NCBI RefSeq assembly: GCF_041956535.1 | Contig: NW_027192214.1 | Coordinates: 287,205 to 351,204, forward strand | DNA length: 64,000 bases | Source of the DNA: Calcarisporiella thermophila CBS 279.70 | Taxonomy: Eukaryota > Fungi > Calcarisporiellomycota | Direction of reading: 5' to 3' | Part shown: positions 35,839-48,275 of the stretch, in pieces | Position numbering within the stretch: position 1 is the first letter of the stretch | Layout: the number at the start of each line of letters is the position of its first letter | Made by a program: the position numbers and the translations under genes | The notes under the pieces: model-generated | The model's input: only the letters and a program-made list of their open reading frames with translations | Database searches by the model: none | Told to the model about the DNA's origin: nothing

Positions 35839-36861
35839 TTAAGGCTCAAGATATGCAGCCCAGGATTCACTGGAGGGCGGCGCTGGGTCAATAAATCTGG
35901 GCGGAATACCAGTTCCTAGTGGGTCGTCGAAAGGTACTAAATAGCTGTCCCATTGACGTCTATTTATGATATGAGTACAAGGTGGAAATAAGTCTAACAA
36001 GAGTAACATACCTAATCATCACAAGATTATCGAAGTTTGCCTCTGCTTGAAGCCAAAAAGTAGCAGCGGTATCACTTGGAGCGTCATCGTTTTTTGTATT
36101 TTTTGCAATACCCACCATATTATGCCGAGATTCCTCATTGGGTTGTTGTTCATTTTCATCCTCTCTTGGTCTCATTTGCTCACTTAACAATTGGACTCTA
36201 AAGAAGAATTCATCATCTTCTTCAGGGAAGAAATGACCTAGATATTATGCAGGGACATTAGTCTTAGCGATTTCAAATTTATTAATGATACAGTACCTTC
36301 TCGCTTGCTTCGCTCTCGCCGCAATGCCTTCAATTTCTTTAACTTCTCTATCTTTTTCAACAGCACCATAGTACGCCTCTCTCGATTGGCGGTTATTCGT
36401 TTTTGAGTCTCACGTTCTTTTTCGAGCGCTTTTAAACGCATTGCTTCATTCTCTTTGGTTCGAGTCTCAATTATCCACTGGTCTATTAATTTTCGATTTG
36501 CTTCTCGCTGAGCCTGGCGAATTTTTCGGCGGCGAGTATACCAGATCTACATTATCTTGATTGAATAATTATGATATTTGACGTAAATGAAAATACATAC
36601 CTTATGTCGCCGTATTTTCTTTATCTTTCTATATAATCGTTTCATTATCCTCTCATCATTAAATGGAATAAAACATTCATTTAAACGTTTCTTGAGTTGA
36701 GCAATTTCCTTGCGATTGATTTGCCACAATTCCTGGGAATCACTCTCCGTAAGTTGATTGCGAAGTGTGCGTAGTTTCGCAACAAGATCTGACGCCAGGA
36801 CTATTGATTGTTTAGCTGCATTGAGCGAAACTTTTGAATCAAGTGCTTGCTTCTTTTCCAT
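35839..36861 (-). CDS. PDCD7: PDCD7 / U11 snRNP 59K homolog (minor spliceosome), 4 exons
   Basis: Arg/Lys-rich coiled coil, LKKLKALRRER..G|HFFPEEDDEFF, and C-terminal FWLQAEANFDNLVMIR|RQWDSYLVP..GTGIPPRFIDPAPPSSESWAAYL, which matches the recalled PDCD7 C-terminus. Confidence 0.82.
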
Positions 36862-37833
36862 TTAACTTAATGCAACAAACATTTAAAGCGTAATTTTAAA
36901 GAACAATTCTTAATATCATTTAGTTTGGGATTTGAAGCCAATTTTCCCGAATCAAAATTGTATAATCGGACCAAAAAATTTCCACTGCTCATATATAACA
37001 ATATAAATCTCTTAATACCTTATTCATAAAAATGTAACTGAAAAGGTTGTAGTTATTTGAAAAGGACTCACACTTGAGGGTCCATCGCATATGTTCTCTG
37101 AGAGGCCTTTGATATGTATGCTTATATGAGTTTGTAAGTACCGAGGATACCCGAGATACTAATGTATAATATGTTAAGCAATATAAAAACCCCTTTGGCC
37201 GCTAATTTTGTCCTTAATCTAAGTGTAATGTAAAAAACATTCATAAGAGAACTTCGCTTTTTTCCAAACGGCAAGGGGACAAATTCATGTACTTGGTTCG
37301 GATGTTTCGTTTTACTTGAAATCCTAAAAACTGACAACTACTCGCGTTCGTTTAAGTTCATAGCCGTGCCTTATATAATAGTTCAATACATTGTGCGTCA
37401 TGAGGCAAAACATAAAAGAAAATATAATAATTATTTTTCATTGTAAAATCACGATAGTTTATCCTAATAATCTGTCAATTCAACATTTTATACCAACATA
37501 TGCTGTGTATATAATACATCCAATATCGGTTTGAATCGGATATCTCGAGATTACAGGGATCATTTTATTAATCCAGAATCTTATGCTCATTACTGCGCCA
37601 CATCCACGCGTTATTCTTAGTTCTCTCAGACCATTAAAGCAGTCATCGCGTACCCATCTACTCTCCAAGTGCGAAAAACTTTCCCCACAAGCTGATCACC
37701 TTATAGCTGTGGTATTGCACAGCATTATCAAGTATAAATGGTTTATCCCCCTTTCAAATGAAATGTTTATTAAAACATACCTCCATATATATTAAGTTTG
37801 TAGACATCTAAAGAGACCATCTGACCCTCCAAG

Positions 37834-40800
37834 ATGAATATTGGAGCAGCTATTATTGCGAAAATGCCGTATTATCGGCTCAAAGGTATATTCTTCCCGA
37901 TTAGCATTGTAACAGATTTTATTTTTACTCCGTACTGCTTTTTAGACCTCATCAAGGCAATCCGAGCATGCAAGACTGCTGCCGATGAGCGTAAAGTTAT
38001 CCAGAAAGAGTCCGCACTCATCCGTACATCCTTTAAAGAGGAAAATAATGATGCACGCTATTCCAACGTCGCCAAGTTGCTTTACATACATATGCTCGGA
38101 TATCCTGCTCATTTTGGGCAGATTGAGTGTCTCAAACTCGTTGCTTCTAATCGCTATGCCGATAAGCGATTGGGTTATCTAGGAATTATGCTTCTTCTCG
38201 ATGAGAACCAAGAAGTGTTGACGCTGGTGACCAACTCACTTAAAAAGTTCGCTGATCCTGATTTTCTGATCCACAAGGAGTTTTACTTACCCGCATTCTT
38301 GATAAAACTAGTGACATGAATCACTCCAATGCTTTCATCGTTGGGCTTGCCCTTTGTACGCTAGGTAATATTTCATCTCCCGAAATGGCGCGCGATCTCT
38401 GTGCCGAAGTCGAGAAACTCCTCGGCAGTACAAATCCATACATCCGGAAGAAGGTATAGCAACCAGAACCATGCACTTTGATTCGAATTATTAATTTTAC
38501 ACCAATACTCAGGCTGCTCTCTGTGCCGTTCGAATCATCAGACGAGTGCCGGACTTGCAAGAGAATTTCCTATCCAAGGCGAAGCAGCTTCTTGGAGATC
38601 GTAATCACGGAGTTCTTCTCACTGGAGTTACTTTAGCTATCGAACTTTGTGAGATCAACCCCGAAAATCTGAGTGCTTTCCGCAAGGTAACTGTTGATTG
38701 TTAGGTAGACTCATTTTAACTCCTACTTATTATTCCACTACTCAGGGGGTTCCTTTGCTTGTCCGTAACCTCAAAGATCTTACTACGGCGGGCTTCTCAC
38801 AAGAGCATGACGTTACGGGGGTGACCGATCCTTTCCTCCAGGTGAAATTACTCCGCTTGTTGCGAGTGTTGGGTCGAGGTGATGTCGAAGCTAGTGAAGC
38901 CATGAACGATATCCTCGCTCAGGTTGCAACCAACACAGAAACGGCCAAGAACGTCGGTAATGCCATCCTTTATGAAACAGTGCTCACGATCCTCGATATT
39001 CGATCCGAAAGTGGACTTAAGGTCCTTGCCATTAATATCCTTGGGAAGTTCTTGAGTAACCGTGACAACAATATTCGCTACGTTGCACTGGAGACGCTTA
39101 ATAAGACGATTTCCATCGATCCCAATGCAGTCCAGCGTCACCGAAAAACCATCCTTGAATGCCTCCGTGACGGAGATATCTCCATTCGAAGGCGTGCTCT
39201 TGAGCTCTCCTTTGCGCTCATTAACGAATCAAACGTTCGAGTATTGACAAGGGAGTTGTTGTCTTTCCTCGAAATTGCCGACACCGAATTCAAGCCAAGT
39301 ATGACCACTAAAATCTGTTTGGCGGCTGAGAGGTAATCCATCCAAGAACTAACTCTTGAGGCCCAGAAACGTCTTGACACCTCTTTTAACAGGTTTGCTC
39401 CAAACAAGCGGTGGCATATTGACACAGTTATGCGGGTACTCAAACTGGTAAGAAATGGCATCCAGCTCCTATGAAAACCTTCTTAATGCGTATTTTTTAG
39501 GCGGGGAACTATGTTCGCGAGGAAGTTTTGGCCGGTTTCATCCGTTTGGTCGCGCAGTCGAATGAGCTTCAAGCCTATTCTGCTCGGAAAATGTACTTTG
39601 CTTTGAAGAGTGACATTTCACAAGAGTCTCTCGTTCTCGCTGGAGCCTGGATCATTGGCGAGTATGGTGACTTGCTGATTAGCGGTGCTGGAGCAGAAGA
39701 TGACGAGCCAGTTAAGGAGGTATGATTGTCACTGGCTTATTTGGAGATGTGCTGAGGACTCATTCTTTTCATTATAGATATCCGAAGCAGATGTTATACA
39801 ATTGCTTGAATCTATCCTAGCAGGGCCATACATCAATCAAACAACGCGGCAATATGTTATCACCGCCCTCATGAAGTTGTCTGCCCGCTTCACGAATACA
39901 GCTTCGATTTCGCAGATCCAATCCACCATTCAACGCTTCTCCTCTAGCATTGAAATAGAGATCCAGCAGCGCTCGACAGAATACGGAAATCTGTTCAATT
40001 ACGACAGCATTCGGCCTGCGGTGCTCGAGCGAATGCCGGTTCCCGAGGCGAAAGCTACGAGAATTGCGGATACGCTGAGTAATTACATCCGTGCTTTTAA
40101 TTTGAGGATTCAAGTATGGAGGCACTAATGTATCCTCTTTAGCTGGTGAGAACGAGCAAAGGAATGCCGCAGAGCCTAGCGACCAGGATGTATGTTTGGG
40201 TGTTCCTTCTTGTAGTGGATGGAGTGCTAATATATCACTCTTGCTTTCGTCAGCTTCTCTTGGATCTTATGGGAGTCGGCACGGCCTCTTCGACAGCTCC
40301 CGTGGCCGCGGCAAATTCAACTCAATCTACTCAAAAGCAGTCTGCCAATAACTTGGATCTTCTTGCGGATATATTCGGGGGCGCAAATATCAGCTCGGCC
40401 CCTTCAACGGCTCCTCCTGCGTCCGCTTCGCAAGGAAATGATATTCTTGACTTGCTTGGAGGCAGTGGGGCCACCTCAGCGCAAAAGCCTGCCGGACAAG
40501 CTCCTGCTAGAACTAGCCCGAGCGTGGGCAGCCCGCCGACCCAGCCTCCCTCGGCAGGTCGAGGTAGGATCCAATGTAGGCCACCACTACCTTTCCTCTG
40601 GTTTTAACTTGTCGCCCTCTAATAGATTTCCAAGCTTACTCGAAAAATGGTCTCAAGATCACGTTTACACCATCGCGGGACCAAACGAATCCCAATATCA
40701 TCAATATCATGGTGACCTTCATCAACGAAGGCCTTGAAGCCATGTCGGATATATTGTTCCAAGCCGCAGTGCCAAAGGTAAGGGCTCTCAGCCAAGTCAC

Positions 40801-41048
40801 TTGATCCTGTACCTCTCCATCTAATGGAACCCCATTCGTACTCCACCCCTCTTTAGAGCCAAAAACTACAAATGCAACCGCCAAGCGCCACAACGTTAAC
40901 TCCAGGAATGCAGGCCACACAAGCCATGCGCATCGCCAACCCGGCACGTGCTGCGGTGCGTATCCGTCTGCGGATCCTCTACACACTGCCCTCGGGACGG
41001 GTGGAAGACATGGCGGAATTCGGCGGGTTTCCGGAAGGATCGTATTAG
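37834..41048 (+). CDS. APL4: AP-1 adaptor complex gamma subunit (gamma-adaptin)
   Basis: LK|[16 protein letters not shown]; [23 protein letters not shown]; DPFLQV; [10 protein letters not shown]; hinge with LLDL/LLADIF/ILDLL clathrin-box-like motifs; ear domain FQAAVPK. Confidence 0.97.
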
Positions 41049-41467
41049 ATTACCATATGTGAGGCAATTTCAAAGAGAGGGTTGGATTTTTATTTTATTT
41101 TATTATATAAAGAATGACCATTTCATTGCCACTCCCTCATCGACCTAACCCTCTCGGGGGTCATTTTATGGGAGGCAAGCCATCCAGGCGATTGGGTGCT
41201 ACTTTCCCAATGCTTTACACACACACAAACGTCCGGATACTAGAGCACTAATTTCACTACATTTATTTACTTTATATGAGTTAACAACGATATTTCTTTA
41301 GCAACCATTCACTTAAGCATATTTAGACCTTTACACGTGAATCATTGCATAGAGAATAACAAGGGATAATAATACAACTCCTAGTAGTCGGGAGCATCTT
41401 GGGAAGAGTGAGAAGAGGGGGACGAAATAAAACAAGACAGACAGTGGAGAAAAAAAAAAGCCCAGGG

Positions 41468-42046
41468 CTAGGAAACAGAAACCGGAATCTCGGAATTTGT
41501 CTCATCCTCGGGCTCCAGTAGATGCTCGTCCCCATCCTCCTCTTCCATCTCATCGTCAGCCTCAGCGAATGCCTCATCCATATCTGCTCTAGCCTCATTC
41601 TCTGCCCCTCCATCTGAACCGACCAGATCCAGCCCCAATTCCTCATCGCCAACGCATTCCAATAACAGATCCAACCATTCCTCAAGCATTTCATCGCTGC
41701 GGTCACGCACACGTCTGGCGATTTCCCCCTCAGGCAACGCTGCGATCTCATTCATACAGATCAGCAGATTATTGAGCATCTCTGCGGGAATGATAAGCTG
41801 CGAGTAGTCGTTGGTGCGATCAAGGGTCTGTGTAATTTCCGAGACGGCGGCGCTGAGCGCGTTCAACAATACCTCCTCCGACTCTGCGAGATCGGGGCCG
41901 TGAATGGGTAGATGGGAAGATGAAAACGATGCAGGAGAGGAACTCCGCGCAATTAAATGGGGGAAATATTGGGAATCAGGGTGGTCATGCTCATTCATTG
42001 TAGGAGAAGAATTCGGCGAATTGCTCGGTTTCCGGGTCCAGTCCAT
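41468..42046 (-). CDS. Acidic hypothetical protein, intronless
   Basis: 192-codon ORF with a helical core (EEVLLNALSAAVSEITQTL..MLEEWLDLLLEC) and Glu/Asp tail; pyrimidine-rich leader upstream. Confidence 0.65.
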   Translation of the reverse strand: MDWTRKPSNSPNSSPTMNEHDHPDSQYFPHLIARSSSPASFSSSHLPIHGPDLAESEEVLLNALSAAVSEITQTLDRTNDYSQLIIPAEMLNNLLICMNEIAALPEGEIARRVRDRSDEMLEEWLDLLLECVGDEELGLDLVGSDGGAENEARADMDEAFAEADDEMEEEDGDEHLLEPEDETNSEIPVSVS

Positions 42047-42576
42047 TCCTTCTTCTTCCTTTAACCTCGAAAGCTAGAGTGATCGATGAGAGGGAATGGA
42101 TAATCAGAATGGGGCAGGCGGTGATTTCGAGGCAAGCAGTTTAGAGAATTAACAGGGATCAAGCAACAATTCCAAGGCCACCGTAGAAATCAGGTGCTCA
42201 TTGAAACAAAGGTCTGCTAAGAAAAGGTACGCTATTGATAGCCAAAAGAGGCGGCGAAATGAGATGACAAAGAAGTTTGAAGCCGAATTCCTTTTTTTTT
42301 TGATTTCCGAAATGATTTGAGTGGAGACGAGAGAAGGGGGAGAGGCACAAAGAAAGGTGAGCCAAGTTCATGACTGCTCAATGATTGAGTGCATGACTGG
42401 TTTTTCGATTAAAGTACAAGATCATTTTATTAATAAATACAGTGTTCGGAGTAAAAATATAAATCCGTTTAGGAAGAATAAATAATAACAAGTGTATGGA
42501 GAAAGATTAGATAGCATTAAATATAGAAGTATTTATATGGAAGAAATAATAAGAGAAAACAGGCCAAAAGGAGATG

Positions 42577-43719
42577 CTAATCCGTGAGACTTCGACGAAC
42601 TACCTCCAGCACCATTGTGTCTTCCAGGTTCGAACCCGGTTCTGTCAGCCCACTGAGCAACGTGGAATCGAAATAATACGAGTCATTAGTTGGGGAGTGC
42701 GAGATGCGCAGAGCCCCGGTAGCTCCGTATCCCGGTCGCAGAACAATTCGCCGAGTGCTTGCGGTTGTGGAGAAAGCGCGCCGAGAGTGTCTTGTGCAGT
42801 GGGCGATTTTCTCCCAAGCCGGGCGAACTTGATCTAATAGTCAGTTAACGTGAGTTGCCTAGAGAGCGACTATGCTTTCTATCAAATCAACCAAACCTGT
42901 GGTGACGACGCGGGGGTTGTGGTGGCTAATGCTTTTTCTCCGTCTATCATGGGAGCGGCTGTTGTCCTTTGTCATTTCAGAGGTGACATTGAAATTCAGT
43001 CGCTGTGTTGGTTCCGCCAGTATGCGTATTAAAAGTCAATTTCTATGGCCAAGTTTGCGCAGCTAATGAAAGAACAATTACCTGTGAAAGTGACAGCTCT
43101 GGGGGTTCATAAACCACGCCAAAGTTCATTTCGACGCAGAAAGGACAAGTGGCGGGGGTGCCTTTACCAGGCGGTCGCTTAATTTGTACAAAGCATTCTG
43201 CGAAAACAAATCAATTAGAGGCTTGATTGGCGGGAAGGATGGAATGCACACAAATGCGGCAGGCGACCCTTACCTGTGCAAATAGGCTGATCGCAACATC
43301 GCGACCTATTAATGTTGGCAGGAAAATACTAAGAAGAAGCGGGGTTAGTTTTGCGTATGGCGTGCAAGACTTCCAGAAGTTCAGAACCAAACACGCACCA
43401 TCAAGCAGATTGGACATTCGATTCTAGGCCTCCACTCTCTACCCATGTCACCTCGAGGAACTACGGACGCAACGGGCGAGCAACCCGCGAGGCGCTTGCC
43501 CAATTTGGCAGCAAGCGCAATTCGCTTTCTCGATTTACATTTAGGGCGATCGTTCTCGTCATTGTCGAGAGGATCGGCGGCGCCTGGGTAGAATGGCGCC
43601 AGTTTACGGGCAAGAATCAATTCCCGAGTGGAATGGTGGTCATGATCGAGGGGCGCGTAAGGGTAGAGGCGGCCCCCATCAAGCGTGACTAGAGGGTCTT
43701 TGGTGAGCGGCTGCCCCAT
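42577..43719 (-). CDS. SIP5: Sip5-like RING-related protein (Snf1/Reg1-interacting family), 5 exons, short form
   Basis: LDGG..LILARKLAPFYPG..ECPICLM|YFPANINRSRCCDQPICT|ECFVQIKRP..CPFCVEMNFGVVYEPP..|RRRKSISHHNPRVVTT|DQVRPAW..LEDTMVLEVVRRSL; TAG at 42577-79. Confidence 0.88.
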
Positions 43720-44053
43720 GACACGAATGGAGAGGGGGAGCTGGATTGGGAGAGAGGATTTGAGATGTCAAAAGAAGAAACGGCCAATTCTTGTATGGGA
43801 AAAAAGTGGCATCGCAAATGTTTTTTATAATTCCCCCAGCCGAAATGATTTTCGGTAAACATTGGTCGGTGCACAATGTGAAACCTTGTGGATAAAATTT
43901 TACAAAATCCATCGACTCATTCCAGCTCAAAAGAGCTTAGAGGATAAGCCGTGCATCTACAGCAACCCCTTCGACGACAAGGATCTCCTGGCCTGGATGC
44001 TTACAAATGGGCGAAGGCGCAATTCGGCGGCCGGATGAGGCGCTTTGGCCTGT

Positions 44054-45497
44054 TCACCCGTCGGTCACGAGCGGCGAGCACTACACGGCCGAACGGAGTT
44101 TAGCAGGGCGAGGCTTCCGCCATATGGGTATATAGATACTCAACCACAAACTCAACAAAGCTAAATTTAGCATCGGCGGTCGGGATCATAAATTGCATCG
44201 ACAGAAACCCGCGCTCGTTGGTGCGGATCGAGGTTTTGATGGACGCGCTTAGTGCCTTCAGAGAATGCTGAATGTGCGAGAACTTGTAGCTATAATGGCG
44301 TGGTCGGGTTAGCTCGGAGCAGCTTGGGAGGAGATGGGGCCGGAGGCCGGCCCAAGGCGCACCTGTTCTTGACCACGGAGTTGCAGTTGAACGACTCCAG
44401 CACGTCCGTGTCCTTCGGATACTCCATCTAGCACACCAGAGGGTAAGCAAGCAAGCAAGCAAAGCACACATCCGCAGAGCGGTAGAGCCGTACCTCTGCA
44501 CTTCCCGTGATGCCGAACGTGGACAGCTTGAAGAACGGGGCCACGGGCGAGATCAAGAAGGTGATGTTCTCGCTGCTCGCGTCCAGCTCACTGAACGCGT
44601 CCCGAAGCCACTCGGACTGGGAGGGGATGTCAGCATGCGCAATGGGGAGCTCAAGAGCGGTTTCCTAAGTTACCTTCATGATGATCTTCTGTAACACTGA
44701 CGAGCTGTCAAAGTTGAAGTAGAGCGGCGCTTCGGCATCCTGCGTGGTGAGCTTGCACAGGGTCACGATGCCATTCTCCTCCAGGCTAGACCAAGGCGTT
44801 AGCACTGGTGTCATGGGGCACAAGATCGCCCTTCAAAATTACTCACGTCACTACCAAATCTGCTCCCGGCCCCCGATACTCTATCTGGCAAGCAGTCGCG
44901 CCCATCCGCCCAAAGGGTTCGGGCTGGTTGAAAAGATTGAGGTTGTTGCCCTGTGTGCCTTGCTGCCCTACCTGTGAGCCTCCTGTCAGGGGGCCAGCGC
45001 TCCCAAACACGTTAAGACATTCAATAAGTGCGGTGAGGTGCAATCCAAAAATGACCAGCTGATCTTCCTCCTCCTCGTCGCCATGCTTACTTTCTGCAGC
45101 TTCTTGCTGGGTTTCTGCTTGATCGCCACGAAAACGGTACTCCTGAAACATGGATTCTTGGAGATAGGCGCGTGCTTGTACACACCGCGAATCCTCAACC
45201 ACAAACTGCAGACCTCGCCTAGATATAATACAGGTCGCTCTCTACAACATCTGTGTTAATGCAGAGAATAATCATTCTCGAATGCAGGCTTTTAGGCTAC
45301 CTCTTTAAAATGGACTGCCCGTAGCAGATTGGCGAGCGATTTTACGTTCTTGAGCTTGGCAAAAAGAATCCTAAATTTTTAAAAAAATAAAGTACGAATG
45401 GCGCAGGGTGCAGCGAAAGTATCTATCCATACGGTTCTCGTCCGATCGCGTTTTTAATCCTGCTGTTATGAACATTATGATTTTCGTCTGGATTCAT
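44054..45497 (-). CDS. RAD1: 9-1-1 checkpoint clamp subunit Rad1 (S. cerevisiae Rad17/Rec1 family)
   Basis: FFAKLKNVKSLANLLRAVHF; VEDSRCVQARAYLQESMFQEY; LIECLNVFG; KIIMK|SEWLRDAFSELD; KALSASIKTSIRTNERGFLSMQFMI; FVEFV|CSP. Confidence 0.94.
44445..44462. repeat. (GCAA)n microsatellite in a RAD1 intron
   Basis: aagcaagcaagcaagcaa. Confidence 0.7.
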
Positions 45498-45667
45498 GGT
45501 CGCCGAGAAAACACCTAACGATTTAATCCAAAAAGAAATACGCGACCTCGCGTGACTGCTTATAGCGAAAGCGCAACAGGGGAAATGAAAAGAAAAGTGT
45601 TCAAATAATAATTATACAGAATACCCAGTACACCAAACAAACACAGCGATAATAGTCCAGTTAAAAT

Positions 45668-47068
45668 TCATCGAAAAGCATTAAAGATAAAAACACTGGC
45701 CGCCACTATTAGTGAACCCCACGCCTTCCAAGGGCCAAAGCATTGGGCACTATCTTGCTCACAAAAGAGCACGTGACTCAACCCAAACACTAAGAGGGCC
45801 CTCATTCCCTGCAGCACCCCAGTGCTTACGCTGCCGGTGTGTTGGATTAGCGCGAAAAAATTAAGATTATGTGCAAGGGCGGAAATGCAGAGAAGTCCAT
45901 GCGCGAGTGCAATTCTCTCCCACGAGGCAGTGGGGTGAAGCAGCGTAGAATAATTAGGTACGGTATAGAATAGAAGATAGCCAGCACACAGAGCGCTAGC
46001 ATACATCCCGGATCGATAGCAAAAATAAGCCGGGTGGGGTGGAGTATTCTTCCCTGACAAAAGTAGGTCGGAGAGCACATATACGCAAGCTAATCAACAA
46101 AGTAAGACTGGAGTTTAAGAAAACCAAATACCAAGTGGGATTACCGTAGCCAACAGTGGCGGAGAGGGTGATGACCATTCCAATCAAGCTATTATTAGCA
46201 GCGGTACCACCTTCTTGTTCAAATGCAGTGACAGCAAGCCCACTGGATAGCCCAATAATGGCGAGCCATTGGATAATGTTTAAGCGTCGGCCTACAAATG
46301 TCGAAAGTAGCGCACACCACACCACCACACTTGAATAAATAACCTGGTACATCTATTTTGCACGTAATAATAGAGGGTTATTCCATTTGTCACGGGAAAA
46401 ATGCATAGGGAGATTTAAGCCGCACCCCACTTCCAATATAGAAGAGTCCAATCGTAAGGAAAAAGTTGGCAAAAAGATCAAGTAGAGTTATCTTCAATAT
46501 GGGGATATCATAGACACTCATCGCGGGATTGCGGTAGGTGCCAAAAGGGAATGGAAGCCGCGAAAATAGGCTGCCCTTGTGATTCTTTTTGACTAGTTTA
46601 TCCTCCTCTACTTCGTTTTTCTGATTCGCATTGTCCTGATCTCGTTTCGGCTGCAAGAAGGAGAAGAGTTGGGAAAGCGATTAGAATGCGAGAGGCGCTA
46701 AGAAGAAATACAACTAAATGCGCATCATTATCTAGCTTACCAATTCCATGGCAATCATGGCTTGTTCGGACGTAGACAATCGTCTGTCAGTTCCCGAGGA
46801 AGATTTGGTCTTGTCATCGAGAAGCCAGGGGAGTAAAAATGCTACACAAAAAGAGCCAAAGTATTGCGCGGCATTCGTAGTGTAGGCGCGGGCCGCTTAA
46901 TTCAAACCCAATTAAAACAGAGAGAGGATTAGCTTTGGTATAGGATGCTTCCACTTTTTGCTTACATGTAGCATTGTGATAATATAGCCATTGCGAGCAG
47001 AGAGTTTGAAAGAGGCCACTAATGAGAAATGATACTTGATGGAGAAGGATGTAAAGCTGGGTCGGCAT
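45668..47068 (-). CDS. DMT/SLC35-like nucleotide-sugar-type transporter, ~5 exons
   Basis: ~10 hydrophobic segments; YIGSG|MYQVIYSSVVVWCALLS; TGSVSTGVLQGMRALLVFGLSHVLFC. Confidence 0.82.
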
Positions 47069-47480
47069 GTTTATAAATGAAATAACAAAATAAGGACGGA
47101 TATATATCAAAAAAATATCGAAGGAAGTAAGGAATTCACGAGCAAAGGGTAGAAATAAAAGTGGTGTTCATGGTAATAAAAATTGTATAGGGGAATATGA
47201 AAAATGGAAAAGGGAGTAATCTGCGCCATACATGCTGATAATTTCCTGGGCTAAGGCTCGCAAAGTGGTCCATCTTTCGATCTAGATCTTAAGCCATAAA
47301 AGTAATAAGGTAATCAGAATCTACGCATTTTCTCTTGCTATTAGGACTTTATTTTTTGCACAGATGAAGCCTAGCATAGCTTCTCCTATATTACACTGGT
47401 TTATCGACGATTAGAATTCATTCATAATTCATCATCTGATCCCATTTCTAAAACTCTATTCTCTTTTTTTCTACATTAGC

Positions 47481-48275
47481 ATGTCCGATTTCGACAATTT
47501 CACCTCAGCAAATGATGACCCGACAGCCGATTTTCTAGCTCGCGAACGTGCTGTTTTGGGTGACGATGCTGATCTCTTTGCCCCTCAAGAGACGACAAAC
47601 GCGACTACAGGCTCCAGCCTGGAGCCCGACACGCTCAATATTGGTGGCTTTGGGGAGGCAGACAATATCTCCACGATGGCCACCGTTTCTTCTCCACCCA
47701 ATACCGCCGATCTAAGTGGTATGCTAAGCCCAACCTCTAGTATGCGCTCTGGTGGTGGAGCTAACGTTTCTTCTGGAGGAGCCGATTACGGATCCCTTAG
47801 TGAATTTCCACCTGTGGAGAACATAAATGGGGGTTACACTATTCCCGAGATCGAGCCCGAAATTATTAGGCATGTTCTCCTCGATCACTCGAAGATGCTT
47901 CACCAGGCCACTAACTTTTTCACCTTAAACAGAGAATGGCGGGAGCGTCGTCAACACGAAATTGCTGAGCGCGATGCAGAATCAGAGCGTAAGCGCAACG
48001 AAACCATCCAGAAAGCACGCCAGGCAATTGATCAATTCTACGAGGACTACAACACTAAAAAGGATCAGACAGCGCGGCAAAACCGAGCCGCGGAGAAAGA
48101 GTTTTTCGATAAACGCGACGACACTACCTCCGGCACCGTATGGGAGCGCGTCCTTCGCGAGGTAGATGTGAACAGCAAGACAACCAAGAGTACTCGTGAT
48201 GTCAGTCGAATGAAGCAGTTGATGCTCAGCTTGAAGAAGGATCCACAGGCACCTGGCACCTTTATTCAAGCTTAA
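47481..48275 (+). CDS. CLC1: Clathrin light chain; one GC-AG intron (47870-47932)
   Basis: DPTADFLARERAVLGDDA; EPEIIR|EWRER; KARQAIDQFYEDYN; GTVWERV; RDVSRMKQLMLSLKKD. Confidence 0.96.
   Translation: MSDFDNFTSANDDPTADFLARERAVLGDDADLFAPQETTNATTGSSLEPDTLNIGGFGEADNISTMATVSSPPNTADLSGMLSPTSSMRSGGGANVSSGGADYGSLSEFPPVENINGGYTIPEIEPEIIRHVLLDHSKMLHQATNFFTLNREWRERRQHEIAERDAESERKRNETIQKARQAIDQFYEDYNTKKDQTARQNRAAEKEFFDKRDDTTSGTVWERVLREVDVNSKTTKSTRDVSRMKQLMLSLKKDPQAPGTFIQA

Noticed and set aside
41135-41170. ATGA...GA SECIS-like core on the minus strand
   Set aside because: Upper stem too short, no AA loop, and no in-frame TGA in neighbouring genes.
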